DNA of 64,000 nt, taken from contig CDMY01000423.1 in the NCBI GenBank assembly GCA_001179505.1, positions 1 through 64,000 of the forward strand. Direction: 5' to 3'. This stretch comes from Vitrella brassicaformis CCMP3155 (taxonomy: Eukaryota; Protista; Chromerida). The position numbers and the translations under genes were made by a program. This document shows, one piece after another, positions 1 to 11,365 of this stretch (the first letter of the stretch is position 1; each line of letters opens with the position of its first letter). The notes beneath the pieces were generated by a model. That model ran no database searches. It was not told the DNA's origin and saw nothing but the letters and a program-made list of their open reading frames with translations.

Positions 1-1792
1 ATTTTCGGCACCATCAGCGCGATTCACCACATGCACCTCACCCTGTAAGCCACATAGTACACAACACCACACGGCAAACATCAACTCGCACACGTGCGTA
101 CCTTTCCAGGCGCCGCCCACGTGCGTACGGCACCCCAGGTCTGTATCCGCCTGAGGTGCGCCACTCGTTCGACTGCCAGGGCCAGCGGTAGATGGTTGAC
201 GCCTATGGGGTGGGGACCATCCTGCTCGACTGCCTCAAGTACACGTGCTTCCCCCCCATCCTCCCCCCCGACTACGTCGCAGCGACACGGTACGGCCTGG
301 TACGCACACGGGCAGATAGTATCTGGTTCGAGAGACGAGACACCGACGAGACTGCCTACCTCCCGGCCTACATACCTATTTGCACGTGTGTGTGTGTAGC
401 CAGGGTCCAACAATGGGCTGCGTGTCTGATCTCCCGACTGACCTTCATGGTGACGACAGCTGTGCAGCTCAGCCGAAATCATGGTCTTGCCCAGGGAGAG
501 AGAGAGGCGCACCTCTCTCGAACATCTAAGCTCGCAGCTTGAGGGAGGGAGAAAGGAGGAGCCTCGTCCCGAAAGGAGTAGAGAGAGTCTCAGAGAGATG
601 CTTCGCGAACCGCCCAGACGTAAGCCACATAGTACACAACACCACACGGCAAACATCAACTCGAAGCGACATGATTGTGTGTATCGACCAGAGATCTCTA
701 CCATCGGGACCTGAAGCCCCAAAACATCATGGTCGCGGTACGGTGGGAGGACAAGGTGGCGCGCGGCGGCCAGAAGGTGAGCTGCCCCGTGGTGGCTGAG
801 GTCAAGATCCTCGACTTCGGCGGGGTTAAGTGCGACCGCCTCGGGTGCGCAAAGTGCAAAACACCCATCACACATACATACGCCGCACACACACACACAC
901 ACACACACACATGTAGCTGCTCTGTCATCTGTGCGCGTGTGTGTGTGTGTGTGTGTATGTGTGTTTGTGTCCCTTCCTTGACAGCATGTCGCCATTGGCC
1001 TACGGTACGTTCACCCTGTTTCCGCCCGAGGTCAGGGAGTCGCGCGACCGCCGGGGTCAGTGGCCCCAGGTGGACAGCCACGGCATCGGGACGGTCCTGT
1101 TCGACTGCCTCCGCCTCGCCTCCTTGCCGCCCTCTCCCACCTGCAGTGCGTCCCAGTACATCGCGCAGACACGCTACGACCTGGTACGCTCTGGCCGCAC
1201 GACAAACCGATGGAGACTCTCACTGCATGAACACCTGCGTGTCCGTGTCTGTGTCTGTGTGTCATTCATGTGTTGATTCATGCAGCCCAGGATCCTCGGG
1301 TTGCCGTTTGGCGAGGACGTCGATGACTACCCTCACATGGTGACCTCGGCCATCCAGCGCCGTATCGATGAGGAGATAGCCAAGGTCCACAGGGAGTGCA
1401 TCGTCTGCCGGCCGAGAACAACCAGAGCGAGGCGTTCAAGGTCCTCCTCGGGGTCGCGTCTCTCTGCCTGCGGGCCGACCCGGCACTCCGCTCGACGCCC
1501 TCACAGGTGTGCAGCATCCGCACATAAATGGAGACACTCACACACTGACCCATTCGGTGTCTGCCTGCAGGTGCTGCGTGAGCTGTTCACAGCATCTGTG
1601 CGGGAGCCCCCGTGCGACCGCGACTTTGCAGCGGTGGCTGTGCGAGCTCGTACGTATGAGCGCACTGCAGGTATGTCTCGCTCGCACTGATCCAGACATG
1701 TAGCAAGGTTCTCATGTCGCTTGTTGCGTGTATGTGAATCTATGTCTCAGCCCATCGCCGCCTACATTTTATATTTCCGCGTCTGTTTCTAG
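1..1792 (+). CDS. Divergent Ser/Thr protein kinase (type A, copy 1), 5'-partial, multi-exon
   Basis: Exons ~1-44, 692-844, 985-1182, 1285-1505, 1571-1670. Catalytic loop YHRDLKPQN, VKILDFG, and YGTFTLFPPE (APE-like). GT-AG junctions keep frame. Last exon uncertain. Confidence 0.85.
45..663 (+). repeat. 44-bp exact direct repeat of an intron 5' end (45-88 and 620-663)
   Basis: gtaagccacatagtacacaacaccacacggcaaacatcaactcg is present at both positions. Confidence 0.95.
110..619 (+). pseudogene. Degenerate duplicate of the kinase subdomain VIII-XI exons, inside intron 1 of kinase copy 1
   Basis: 110-299 reads YGTPGLYPPEVRHSFDCQGQR*MVDAYGVGTILLDCLK...RYGL, paralogous to 985-1182 but with TAG at 189-191. 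MVTTAVQL at ~447 parallels MVTSAIQR. Confidence 0.75.
845..984 (+). repeat. Example intron with (CA)n in the 5' half and (TG)n in the 3' half; pattern recurs across the window
   Basis: Direct reading: gcacacacacacacacacacacacacacatg ... gcgtgtgtgtgtgtgtgtgtgtatgtgtg. Confidence 0.9.
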
Positions 1793-2005
1793 CTCAACGA
1801 ATGCACAGCGCTTAGGGTTGTCCACCTCGTACGAATGTACAGTCTTAAGCCCTTAGGTACCACCCCCGGCCTCTCGGTGTGTGTCCGTTCTTGTCCTCAG
1901 GCCCACCCACGCCATCCAGGAAGAGCCCACCCACACGAACGCCGCCCCTCTCTCTCAGATAGCACTTCACCAGACGTGCAGCACCGGCGGCAGTAACAGG
2001 AGGGC

Positions 2006-4172
2006 ATGGTGGCCGTAGAGACGGCCGAGCACGCTGCCAAGGGGACGACGGCGATGGAGATAGAGAAGAAGGACGAGGAAGAGGTCAAAGCGGCAGGAAG
2101 ACATGTCGGCACCTGCACCACCCTTAAGAATGGCGCGCCCCTACGAGAGGGTCCAAGTCGACCCACTCGGCGAAGTAGCAGGTTCGCACAGTTACTCATG
2201 CAATTTGCACTGCCTGTGCAGTCGTGGACGTGTCTGTTTGCTGTCCATGTATGTGTCAGGCTGCAGAGAGGCCCAACAGGCCGACAACTGGGACCCGTCC
2301 CCCTTCCCCATAGACCTGCCGCCCCGCCTGACAGCCATCTATCGGCTTCTGCACTCGGCGGCGGACGAGCTGCAGACCATCAGCGGCGGAGTGGGAGGGC
2401 TGGACGAGTTCATCGAGGACCACTGGCTGGCAGCCCTGGCTCGAGCGGCATGGCAGGCGTCGCCCAGGAGGGACGGGCAGAAATTCCTACGCGGCCTGCT
2501 CTGCCGCCTGAGCCATCTCATCAGCGTGCAAGCACGGTAAGCAAGAATTATACAGAGGAAGTCCACACATACACATACCATAACTCATGGTGTTTACTGA
2601 CTTTCCGTGTGTGTATCAGCCCATCGTTGCCTTCATTTTATATTCCGGTGTCTGTTTCTCCGCAACGAATGCGCAGGGGGGCAGGTATGCTAACTTGTGC
2701 AGGAGGGCTCTAGCGATAGATCGCCACTGCATCAGGTAAGCGTTTCAATGATGGGCCGTCAACCCATGTGTGTACAACACAGCATTCCATATCTCGTCTC
2801 AATGCGTGTGTTTCAGGTGTGCATCGGTTCGCCGCCGACCAGTGCAGGCAACTGGGCGTGCCGGTGGTAACGCAGGGCAAGGGCATTGGCCGCCGGTTCC
2901 TTTGGCGGCGGCCATATGTCAAGTACGGCGGGCCACTCCAGGAGGAGCTGATGAAGGGGATGCGGGACATGGGCGGACGGGCACCGATCGTGTCTAACGT
3001 GCATGAGACGATTGACCTGTATGGGTAGGTATACGGCGGGGCAGGAAGGAAGGGAGATAGGAGGAGCCTCACACACAATGTGTGGGCCATTGCTTGTGTT
3101 GCAGGCCGGGCCGTGATGTTCAAGACGCCCTGCGCGGAGTACACGGCCAACCGCAAGCCGCCATCGCAGTTCGGGGTCGGCGAGTGGGACGAGGGCAGGT
3201 GGGAGAAGCAGAAGCTCCTCACTGTCCTGAACGAAGCACGGTAAGCAAGAGCTACACGAAGGAAACCACACGCGTGTGCATCCATGTGTTGAATCAGGGT
3301 GCTGGGCCATGTACGAGCGGCGGGCCGGCATCAGGGCATTATCGGCATCAGGGCGGTCCAGTTCTGCCTAGATGGCAACGGCCTGTACATGGACAAGGCT
3401 GCTGGCTCGCCGCTGAATGAGGCAAGCAAGTGATCCGCTGGACGTACGGGACAGCATCCCATCTCTGTCCCGTGTGTGTGTGTGTGCAGGTGTTGTTTGC
3501 TGAGGACGGGGGCGTGCCGAGCCGCGTCGGCCGAAGGCAGCGGTTGGGTATCATCCGACAGCTGCTGGAGGCCGTCGCGTTCCTCCACCAGAATGGTGTC
3601 ATCTACCGTGACATGAAGCGACATAACAGTGAGTGGGCAAGGGAAAAGCAACGACGCTGTGATGTGTCATGTGTGTGTGTCTGTTGGCGTCCGGCTGTGT
3701 TGGTTGCAGTTATGTATGACGCCAAGACCGATGCGGCCGTCCTCATCGACCTCGGGTCTGCGGCGGTGCTGGGGGAGGGCAAGTCACTGATCGACACCAG
3801 CGGCGGGTCGGCAGTGACACCCCAGTACCAGCCGCCTGAGCTCCCTCACTCCTCGTGGCGCCATCTGCAGCCCGACGTGCCCCCCGACGGCCTGATGAAC
3901 ATGGCCAGCGACATCTGGATGGTGGCCAAGACGGCCGTCGAGATCGTCACTGGCCATTTCGTCAAGGGGGGAGACACCGACGGCAGAGGCGAGGCCATCG
4001 ACGCGCTGCCGACCATCCCGGCCACTTCTTCGCCGCTGCCATCACCAGGGAGGAGAAGCCATCGTTGCTTACATTTTATATTCCGCTGTCTCATCGCCTA
4101 CAACCCATGCACAGTGGAGCAGCAGAGGATACGAACGACCTGCAATGTGATGCCCCCACTCGACACGTCGGC
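2006..4172 (+). CDS. Divergent protein kinase (type B) with an uncharacterised helical N-terminal domain, multi-exon
   Basis: Exons encode DLPPRLTAIYRLL...FIEDHWL, VMFK (subdomain II-like), VIYRDMKRHN, VLIDLG, YQPPE and SDIW. Includes a probable GC-AG intron at 3422-3489. Both ends uncertain. Confidence 0.8.
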
Positions 4173-4599
4173 AGGTATGTCTGTGTCAGTCAGGGACACA
4201 CATCAAGATCCATTGTTGTCCGGACTCACTCCTGTGTGTGCATGGCATGCAGGCGGCGGACTGGTGGCCAAGACACCCACTACTGGGTGTCTTGGCAGAC
4301 TGCCCACTGTCATCAGCCCCATTCATTTCGAGCTATTCGCCGTCCAGTTCCATCACCCTGACAGGGACCAAGACGGACACAGAGGCGGGATTCTGCTTTT
4401 CTTCTGCGAGCTTCAGCTCTCATATAAAAGAACTGCTGCTGCCGAAGCTGCCATGTCGTCGCGTAATCCCATGATACTGCCTAGTTCACTGCACCCGGCC
4501 CAAGGTGCGTAGGCAGGGCAGGCAAATCGACTGCACTGACGGATCCCAACTTCTGGAGGTGTTGTCTGTCCGCTGCACTGCAGGCCGACGAGCGGCCGA

Positions 4600-5039
4600 C
4601 AACGCCGAAGATCGTGACGGCGAGCCGTTTTGGCACCCGTCCCATGGCACTGCCGCCGAGCTTGCCGGCACTGTACCGGCTGACCCACGAGGCGGCCCAG
4701 CTGTTCTGCAAGGACTTTATCCAGGACCACTGGCTGGCCTCGTACGAGCAGCCTGGCAGGCGCCCGACCACTGGGGAGGCCGGCGTTACATCTGGGGGCT
4801 CCTGGAGCACCTCAGCCGGCTGATTAGTCTGCAGCGGGCAGCGGCCGACGTCTGTAGAGGCCTGGGGGTGCCGGTGGTGAGGGATGAGGGGAATGCGGCG
4901 GTTCTTGGCCGACACAGACCACATGATTAAGGATGGGGCGCCGCACCAGCAGCGCCTGATGCAGAGGATGGGGGATGGGTGGCGAGCAACAGCGCCGGTG
5001 GTCGCCAGTGTCATGCACGCACACAACATAGAGGCGGGT
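4600..5039 (+). pseudogene. Frameshifted copy of the type-B kinase N-terminal domain
   Basis: LPPSLPALYRL..DFIQDHWL / GLLEHLSRLISLQRAAADVCRGLGVPVV / RRFL..KDGAPHQQRLM align to 2290-3020 but lie in three different frames. Confidence 0.75.
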
Positions 5040-5205
5040 ACGCGTTCGATTGTCCTCTGTTTCGTTGCATGCTGTTATGAATGGGTTGGTTTCTGTGTGT
5101 GAAGGTGGCGTGGTGGTGAGGAAGGCGTAGCCTACACGGCCGACCGACAGACACGACTCGACGCCATCATGGCCGACAGACCGTGGGACCCGGCATGTTG
5201 CGTCG

Positions 5206-7363
5206 GTGGAGCTGCCGACCGTCGACCTGCATCTGGTGGACTTCCGGTCCAGGCACCGGCGTCATGAGCTGGGGCACGTGTGGGACAGCGACATACGGAT
5301 GGTCATCAAGAAGTGGCACTTGCTCTCGCCAAAGGTACGTCAGAGAGACAGAAGAATTGGACGCGTGCATGCTGGCCGATCGTCCATTGTGTTGTGCGTG
5401 TGTGTGGCCAATGCACAGAGGTTCCGCTGGCGACCCCCTGCAAGAAGATGCGTCAGAGCACCTTCCGGCTGCTGTTGTACTGTACCAGCGGCGGCTCGGC
5501 TGTCAGCCATCACCATGGCGCTGACTGCTAGGCCCCAACCAGGCCGACCAAGTGATGAGCACGGCCAGCGACGGGCGCATTGTCGGTAGGTCCACTGAGC
5601 GACTACACTCATAAGTACACGCGAGACACGTGCTAATATATTCTCCTGCCGATTGTTTTGGTTGTGTGTCTCAGCCTATACATCGCCGCCTACATTTTAC
5701 ATTCGGATGGCTCATCCGCCGCAACCATGTGTGTGCCGCTCGACATGGCCGAGGGTGCTCGCCGAGTCGACGAGTCGACATGTGTGTCAGCTGTTCGTGC
5801 GCCGGGCGGACGCACCCAAGGATGGCCGCCCCCACAGGAATGCGCGGTTTCTGGCTGTGAAGGTGGTGCACATGAGCGCGTATGGAGGATCCCGCAGCCT
5901 CCTCAAGGAGAGGGTGAGTGAGTGCACACATCACGCGCGCACACATGACACGAGCTCTCTATTGTGTGGGTGTGGGTGAGCAGGCTCGTTGTGAGTTCAC
6001 GCTGCAGCGTCGCGCCATGACCGCTTGTACGACGCACTCGTACGAGCTGGCGATGTCTACAGATGGGTCGCGCGCCTTCATAGTGAACGAGTACGTCATG
6101 GGGTTTACACTTGGGCAGTTCCTCCACACGCGGTATGACACAAACACATACACACACACACACACCCCTACCTTCCCACACACCATTCCCACACTGCACC
6201 TCCTGAGAGTGCACTTGAGGAGTTAGCAATCATCATCGTTAGCCTGTTGTCGGCCGTGCAGCATATGCATCGGACCCTGTACGCCACGCCACACACATCA
6301 CCACAGAACAGGACACGGGCAACCATCAACCTGTCCTGACATTGCGTGTGTGTGCAGGGGGCTGTTCCATCGCGACATCAAGCTCGAGAATGTGATGTTG
6401 AGCACCCGCTGGGAGAAGAGGCGGACGCTGCGCGGCACACTGGTGTGGTGCCCGACTGTGGTGGAGGTGAAGCTGCTGGATTTCGGCGCCGCCAAATGTG
6501 ATTTCCTCAAGTGCGCAGCCCACCCAACACACACATGAATGTCCCCTCATGACATGAATGGCGTGGTTCCTCTGTCTCTCTGTGTGTGTGCGCCTTCCTT
6601 CAGCAAGGCCCCCGTTACTGGGGCACGCCTGGCATCCCTCCGCCTGAGGTCCGCTTCTCGTTCGACAGATCGAGACAGTGGGCCCAAGTCGATGGCCATG
6701 GCGTGGGCTGCGTGCTGTACGACCTACTCCGGTGCGCGGCGCCCGTCATGTCACCATCCAATGACTTCATCTCGCGCAATAGATACGACCTGGTACACAC
6801 AGACAGTGCAGAGACGCATACATTGCCATACACGTGTTTCCTCCCCCTTGTATGCCTGCTGCTGCGCGTGTGTGTCATCCATGCAGCCGCGCATCTTGGG
6901 TTTGGCGAACGGCGTGGACGTGCAGAACTGCCCCGACATGACCACGGCCCGCATTCAGCGGTCGATCGACAACGAACTGGAGAGGCTGCGCAATGCAGGC
7001 TCGATTCTCGGCGCGAGCCAGAAGGCGCAGCTCGAGGTCTTCATCGATGTGACTGCCAGCCTGCTCCAGGCCGATCCGATGCTCTGCGCGACGCCCTCAC
7101 AGGTGTGTAGCGTAGCGTACACACGGCAACACGCTGATAGATAGATGCACACACTCACTTGGACACTGACCCACTGGATGTCTCTGCCTGCCTGTATGCA
7201 ATCTGCCTGCCAAACCTGCAGGTCCTGTCATCTCGGCTGTTACGCAGCCTTCGCAGGACGGTTTTCAGAATTCAGTGAACGGGCCATTGCTGCCTACATT
7301 TTATATTCGACGAGGCCTCTTATCGACCTTATTACGCCTCTTATTACGCTTTTGCACGCGTAA
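5206..7363 (+). CDS. Divergent Ser/Thr protein kinase (type A, copy 2), multi-exon; 5' end uncertain
   Basis: FLAVKVV (II), FIVNEYVMG (V), LFHRDIKLEN (VIb), KLLDFG (VII), YWGTPGIPPPE (VIII). Exon structure matches copy 1. Confidence 0.85.
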
Positions 7364-8028
7364 TATGCAGATGGATGCAATCGATTGATGTCGCAGGACA
7401 CAGACAGAAGGAAAGGCAGGATCGTCGGGTTCGTCATGTCAGTGAGCATCCAAGCCATGCAACCCACACAAACCACGCACACGTGCAGCAAGTCAAGCCA
7501 CCATTTCCCCCTACCCCGATGGGTGGATGGATGGATGGATGGATGGATGCAGACACGGTGTGCGTATGTGCGTATGCGCATGTGGGTGTGTGAGCGAGAC
7601 GTCAGTAAACGAGGGAGACCAAACCACCCTGACCAGTGAGTTCATTTGTTCAAGCAGGTCCACCGACCACGTATCGACAACGACAAAAACACTCAATCTG
7701 TCAGACACATCCCATGGCCAATGCACAGCAGCGGCCTCCCTGCGCCCGAACAGCTGCACAAAACCGCCGCCCCCATCTCCGCGCGAAGATGGGGGCGGCG
7801 GTGTGGTTCAGCTGTTCGCATGGAGGAAGTACGCACACTCATTGGCGGACAGACATCCACCAGGAAGACAACCTTTTTCCCCACACGACCATACACACAA
7901 CACTGACTCCCGGGCAGGATGAGGGTCCTCACATGGCAGAGAACGACACGAAATCGGCGGCCTGTCTGGTCCAGACATGCCTTCGATTTGTTGAAGGTCT
8001 CTGACAGGCGAGGAGCCCCATCAACCAC

Positions 8029-8069
<41 letters not shown>

Positions 8070-8884
8070 CCAACAACACCTATCGGCAAGTCGTGTATCG
8101 CCCCCCAACACACGCCCACTGCTGATGTGGTCCCCTCCCGTGGTTGCGGTCAGGGTGCTGCTCGCCAAGGAGAACCACAACAAGACAAAGGCATACCTCA
8201 TAGAGCCGCACAGAGTCGATCGATCAGATAGGCCTCCGATTCGTTGTCGGCCTCTCTCGCGAACACCTTCACCGCCACGGCACACGGACGAGCGCGTGGA
8301 TATATCTGAGCAACTTCAAGTTCATATCACCACAAGCCACCACCCCCACAAGCCCGCCCTGCCGCCTTCGTGTGAGCCCCGGACACTGAGGGAATGGACA
8401 CCACACACACACAGCCAGCGAGAAAAAGAAATCTCTCTTCTCGGCGACGAACCGCTGCCAGCCAGTCCTCCCTTGTCTGCCGCCTCACTGCTCGTGCGAT
8501 GTCACTCCATGGGGGTGAGATGGGTGCATGGGCAGCTCAACAGGGCCGGGATGGGGCGGCTCGTCGTCGTCGTCATCGGGTGCGCCTTGCCGCCTCCAGA
8601 TCTTCGAGATGTGAGAGATGCGGCCGCCTCTTCGATGAAATATGAGTTGATCTGGCCAACAAACTCGGCTGTACGAGTCAGTTAACGGCTGTGGTGCGAT
8701 GTAGTGTAGGACGGGAGATGACGCTTTCCTCCACTTCCTTTTGCGAGCTTTCCGTCCCTGAGCTCGCCCCTTTTTCGGCGTTTTCAAGCAGCGTGAGTGC
8801 CCTGGGACGCTGGTGTGCCAAGCAGATGGATAAACGATGACATTTGGATGACATTCCATCCATCTGTGTCTGTGCTTTCGTGTC

Positions 8885-11365
8885 AGCGTTGTTTGAGTCA
8901 GTGGCTCCGGAGGGCAGGCTCATCGTCAACTGCTGCCCGGAATCTGCTGGCATCTGCCAGAGGTATGTCGGTTCAACCGCACACTGATGGGATGGATGGA
9001 TGGATGGATGGATGGCGTGGATGGTGCAGGTGGGCGGTAGCTTGCGAGATGTTTCAGACGACATAGCCGAGCATCACATAGAAATCATGTCTGAGAGGGA
9101 CACACAGGTGAGGCACCAGGCAGCGCAAAGGTGTGATTGTGCCATCGCCTGTTGCTGCCGGTTTCTCAGGGGCAGAGCCGTGGTTTGGCGGCCTCAGCTG
9201 GTGGTGGTGCTGGTGGCGGTGGTGGGGAGGAGGAGGACAGTGTAGCTGCGGCCGATGGCGAAACGGTGAGACCGGCCAGAGGCAATGACAGACAGACAGA
9301 CACACTCACCCCTGTCGCTCCCTGTGTGTTGTGCAGGTGCTCATGTTGGTGATGCCCTTCTTGCCGCTCCACATCCTCGTCCCTCTTCCCCTGCGGCTGC
9401 CCAAGAGCGCCAACCTGCTGTGGGAAGAGGCGGCAATCAGCCACACACGGCTCTTCATAGACTGTGCAGCCAAAGCTGACGACCAGTACTGGCATTCGCC
9501 GACCGAGGGCCGCGTGTTTTGGCAGCGCATCCCCTCCCTCTTCGTCAAGCGCGTAGCGGCACGGCTCACCGGCCTCACCGAGATCACCCTCTGCCACCCT
9601 CCGTACCCCCCTAGGTGGGGTACTGACGTGTTGGTCTCCGTCATTGAGACCACGGCCGCCCCGCCCGCCCAGCCCGACGCACAGGCAGACGCCAGCCGGC
9701 TGGAGACCATCGCATTCGAGAAGGTGCAGCTGAGTGAAGCGGATCAGCCGCTGAAGTGGCAGCATCCCACTTTCCCTCCCCTCGCCGAGCCCCCCACCAT
9801 CTCTCTCCCGTCGCTCAAGGCCGTCACAGGAGCCGCCGGAGAGCATGGTGTCCTGGCCGACAGAGGGTGGAGGGTGCCGTCACTAGAGCGCCTGGAGCAG
9901 CAGCGCTGGCGTGCGGACCAGTTGGGCCGCTTCATCAGCTCGTCACGGTCGCTGCAGCACGTCGGCGGGAGTCTGTCGGATGATGGGTGGGCCAGTGTGT
10001 TTGAGCGCATGCCTGAGGCCGCTGCTGGACAGCCCGGGCCACTTGCACGTCTGCAGAGTATCGGCACCATCGAGCTGCGCGACAATCCTGAGGCGGCCCG
10101 TGAAGCGATCGCCAGACTGCAGGTACGCAGCCAGCAATGGATGCCGTTGGTGCAATATAGGTCACGTCTGGATGTGATCTTCCTGTGTGCAGGTGGCACT
10201 AGCGTCGCGTGGCTCCCGCCGGTCGCTCACTCAGCTGAGCGCTGCGATGAGCTTTTACAGGTTCGACAGCAGTGTCCTTCCCCTCATGCAGTCCCTCGAG
10301 TCGCTACACAAGACGTGCTGCAGAGCCGACGCCCCAGTCGTCTTCGAGGGCCGATGGGTCACCAACTTCGACCTGTCGCTCTTCTACAGCGACGACCTTC
10401 CCGCCAACCCCTCGCCCCTCTTCAGGAAGGCCATGCAGGCGGCCGCACAAGGAGCAGACTGGGTGGGCTACGTCATCAGCGAGCACAACCTCACCGACCC
10501 CGTCGACAGCCCCAGCAAGGCCGCCATCGATGTCGTCGAGAGCCTCACGTTCAAGAGGGTGACGACTGTGGCTGTCCGTAATGCCATGGCCTTTGTCCCC
10601 CCTCCCAACATCCCGTCACCCCGTCCCACCATCATCAACCACCTGCAGCAGTTCCCACGCATCGCGGGATTGCTGTACATTGGCAGCCATCTGGGCGGTG
10701 AATCGGGTCGGCTGCTGGCACAGAAGATGCCCACTGAGTTGAGGAACGTGGAGTTCGGGAGCGCTGTGAGCGCACAGGACCGAAAGGCCGTGTTGGAGGG
10801 GCTGGGCAAGGGAGGCAAGTGCGCGACGTCAATGTCGGTCAATGGGGGCCAATCCCCGAGAAGATCAGGCTCACGGACGGCCCCTTCGACGGCTGGTCGT
10901 CGGATAGCTTCCCCTTGATTCACACCATAGAGATGCCCCTATGGGGTACGCACGCACTCACATGGAGGGTGGTTCAGCTTACGTGTGCATCATTGCCGTG
11001 TGTGTGTGTGGTGTTCCTCAGTGTTCGACGAGCTGGATCCCTCTGCTGCTGCTAAGACCATCCGCAAGGGCATCTCGTCCGTCGTCGGTGCCGTGCGAGG
11101 CCTGGAGTGTTTCTCAGTGCGTGTGCAAGGCGACGGGGCCGTTCACGACGCCCTTGGGCAGCTGCTCCCAACCGGCACGATGACCGGCTCCAAGACGCCC
11201 GGTCAAGCCAAGAAGGAGCAGCCCCACTACCTTCAACCCACCAAGTCGTCGTTAGCGAAGGTGCAACAGGCCAAGAAGAAGGGCACGATGATTGGCTACA
11301 GCTTCACCATCGACGCAGAGGACCTCGGATGGCAGATTGAGGTGACTGCAAGGCGCCTCTCTTAG
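8885..11365 (+). CDS. Lineage-specific hypothetical protein (resembles a large Vitrella paralog family), apparent 1-nt frameshift near 10813
   Basis: Long ORFs 9331-10121 and 10192-10813 are joined by a GT-AG intron. Coding continues in another frame (VRDVNVGQW...GPFDGWSSDSFP), then a final exon ends IEVTARRLS*. Family assignment is from memory, not a search. Confidence 0.65.

Larger units (their letters stand above)
1751..7310 (+). repeat. Dispersed ~30-60 bp motif, 5 copies (~1751, 2620, 4059, 5681, 7284)
   Basis: Core CCATCGYYGCYTWCATTTTAYATTY is readable at each site, with 1-2 mismatches in some copies. Confidence 0.85.

Noticed and set aside
189-191. Stop-codon reassignment or readthrough (in-frame TAG here and at 5128-5130)
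   Set aside because: Genes in the window end normally in TAA (dynein) and TGA (IFT88, PPWD1), and predicted genes end in TAG (36423, 42672). The in-frame TAGs lie in otherwise decayed segments.
81-995. 304-aa minus-strand ORF and the many similar HT/CV/DG-repeat ORFs in the track
   Set aside because: These are translations of (CA)n/(TG)n/(ATGG)n microsatellites or antisense to real exons.
1751-7310. CRISPR-like array
   Set aside because: Copies are degenerate and 0.9-1.6 kb apart, the context is eukaryotic, and there are no cas genes.
7400-8850. Possible additional gene or kinase fragment
   Set aside because: No consistent exon chain or recognisable motif could be built.
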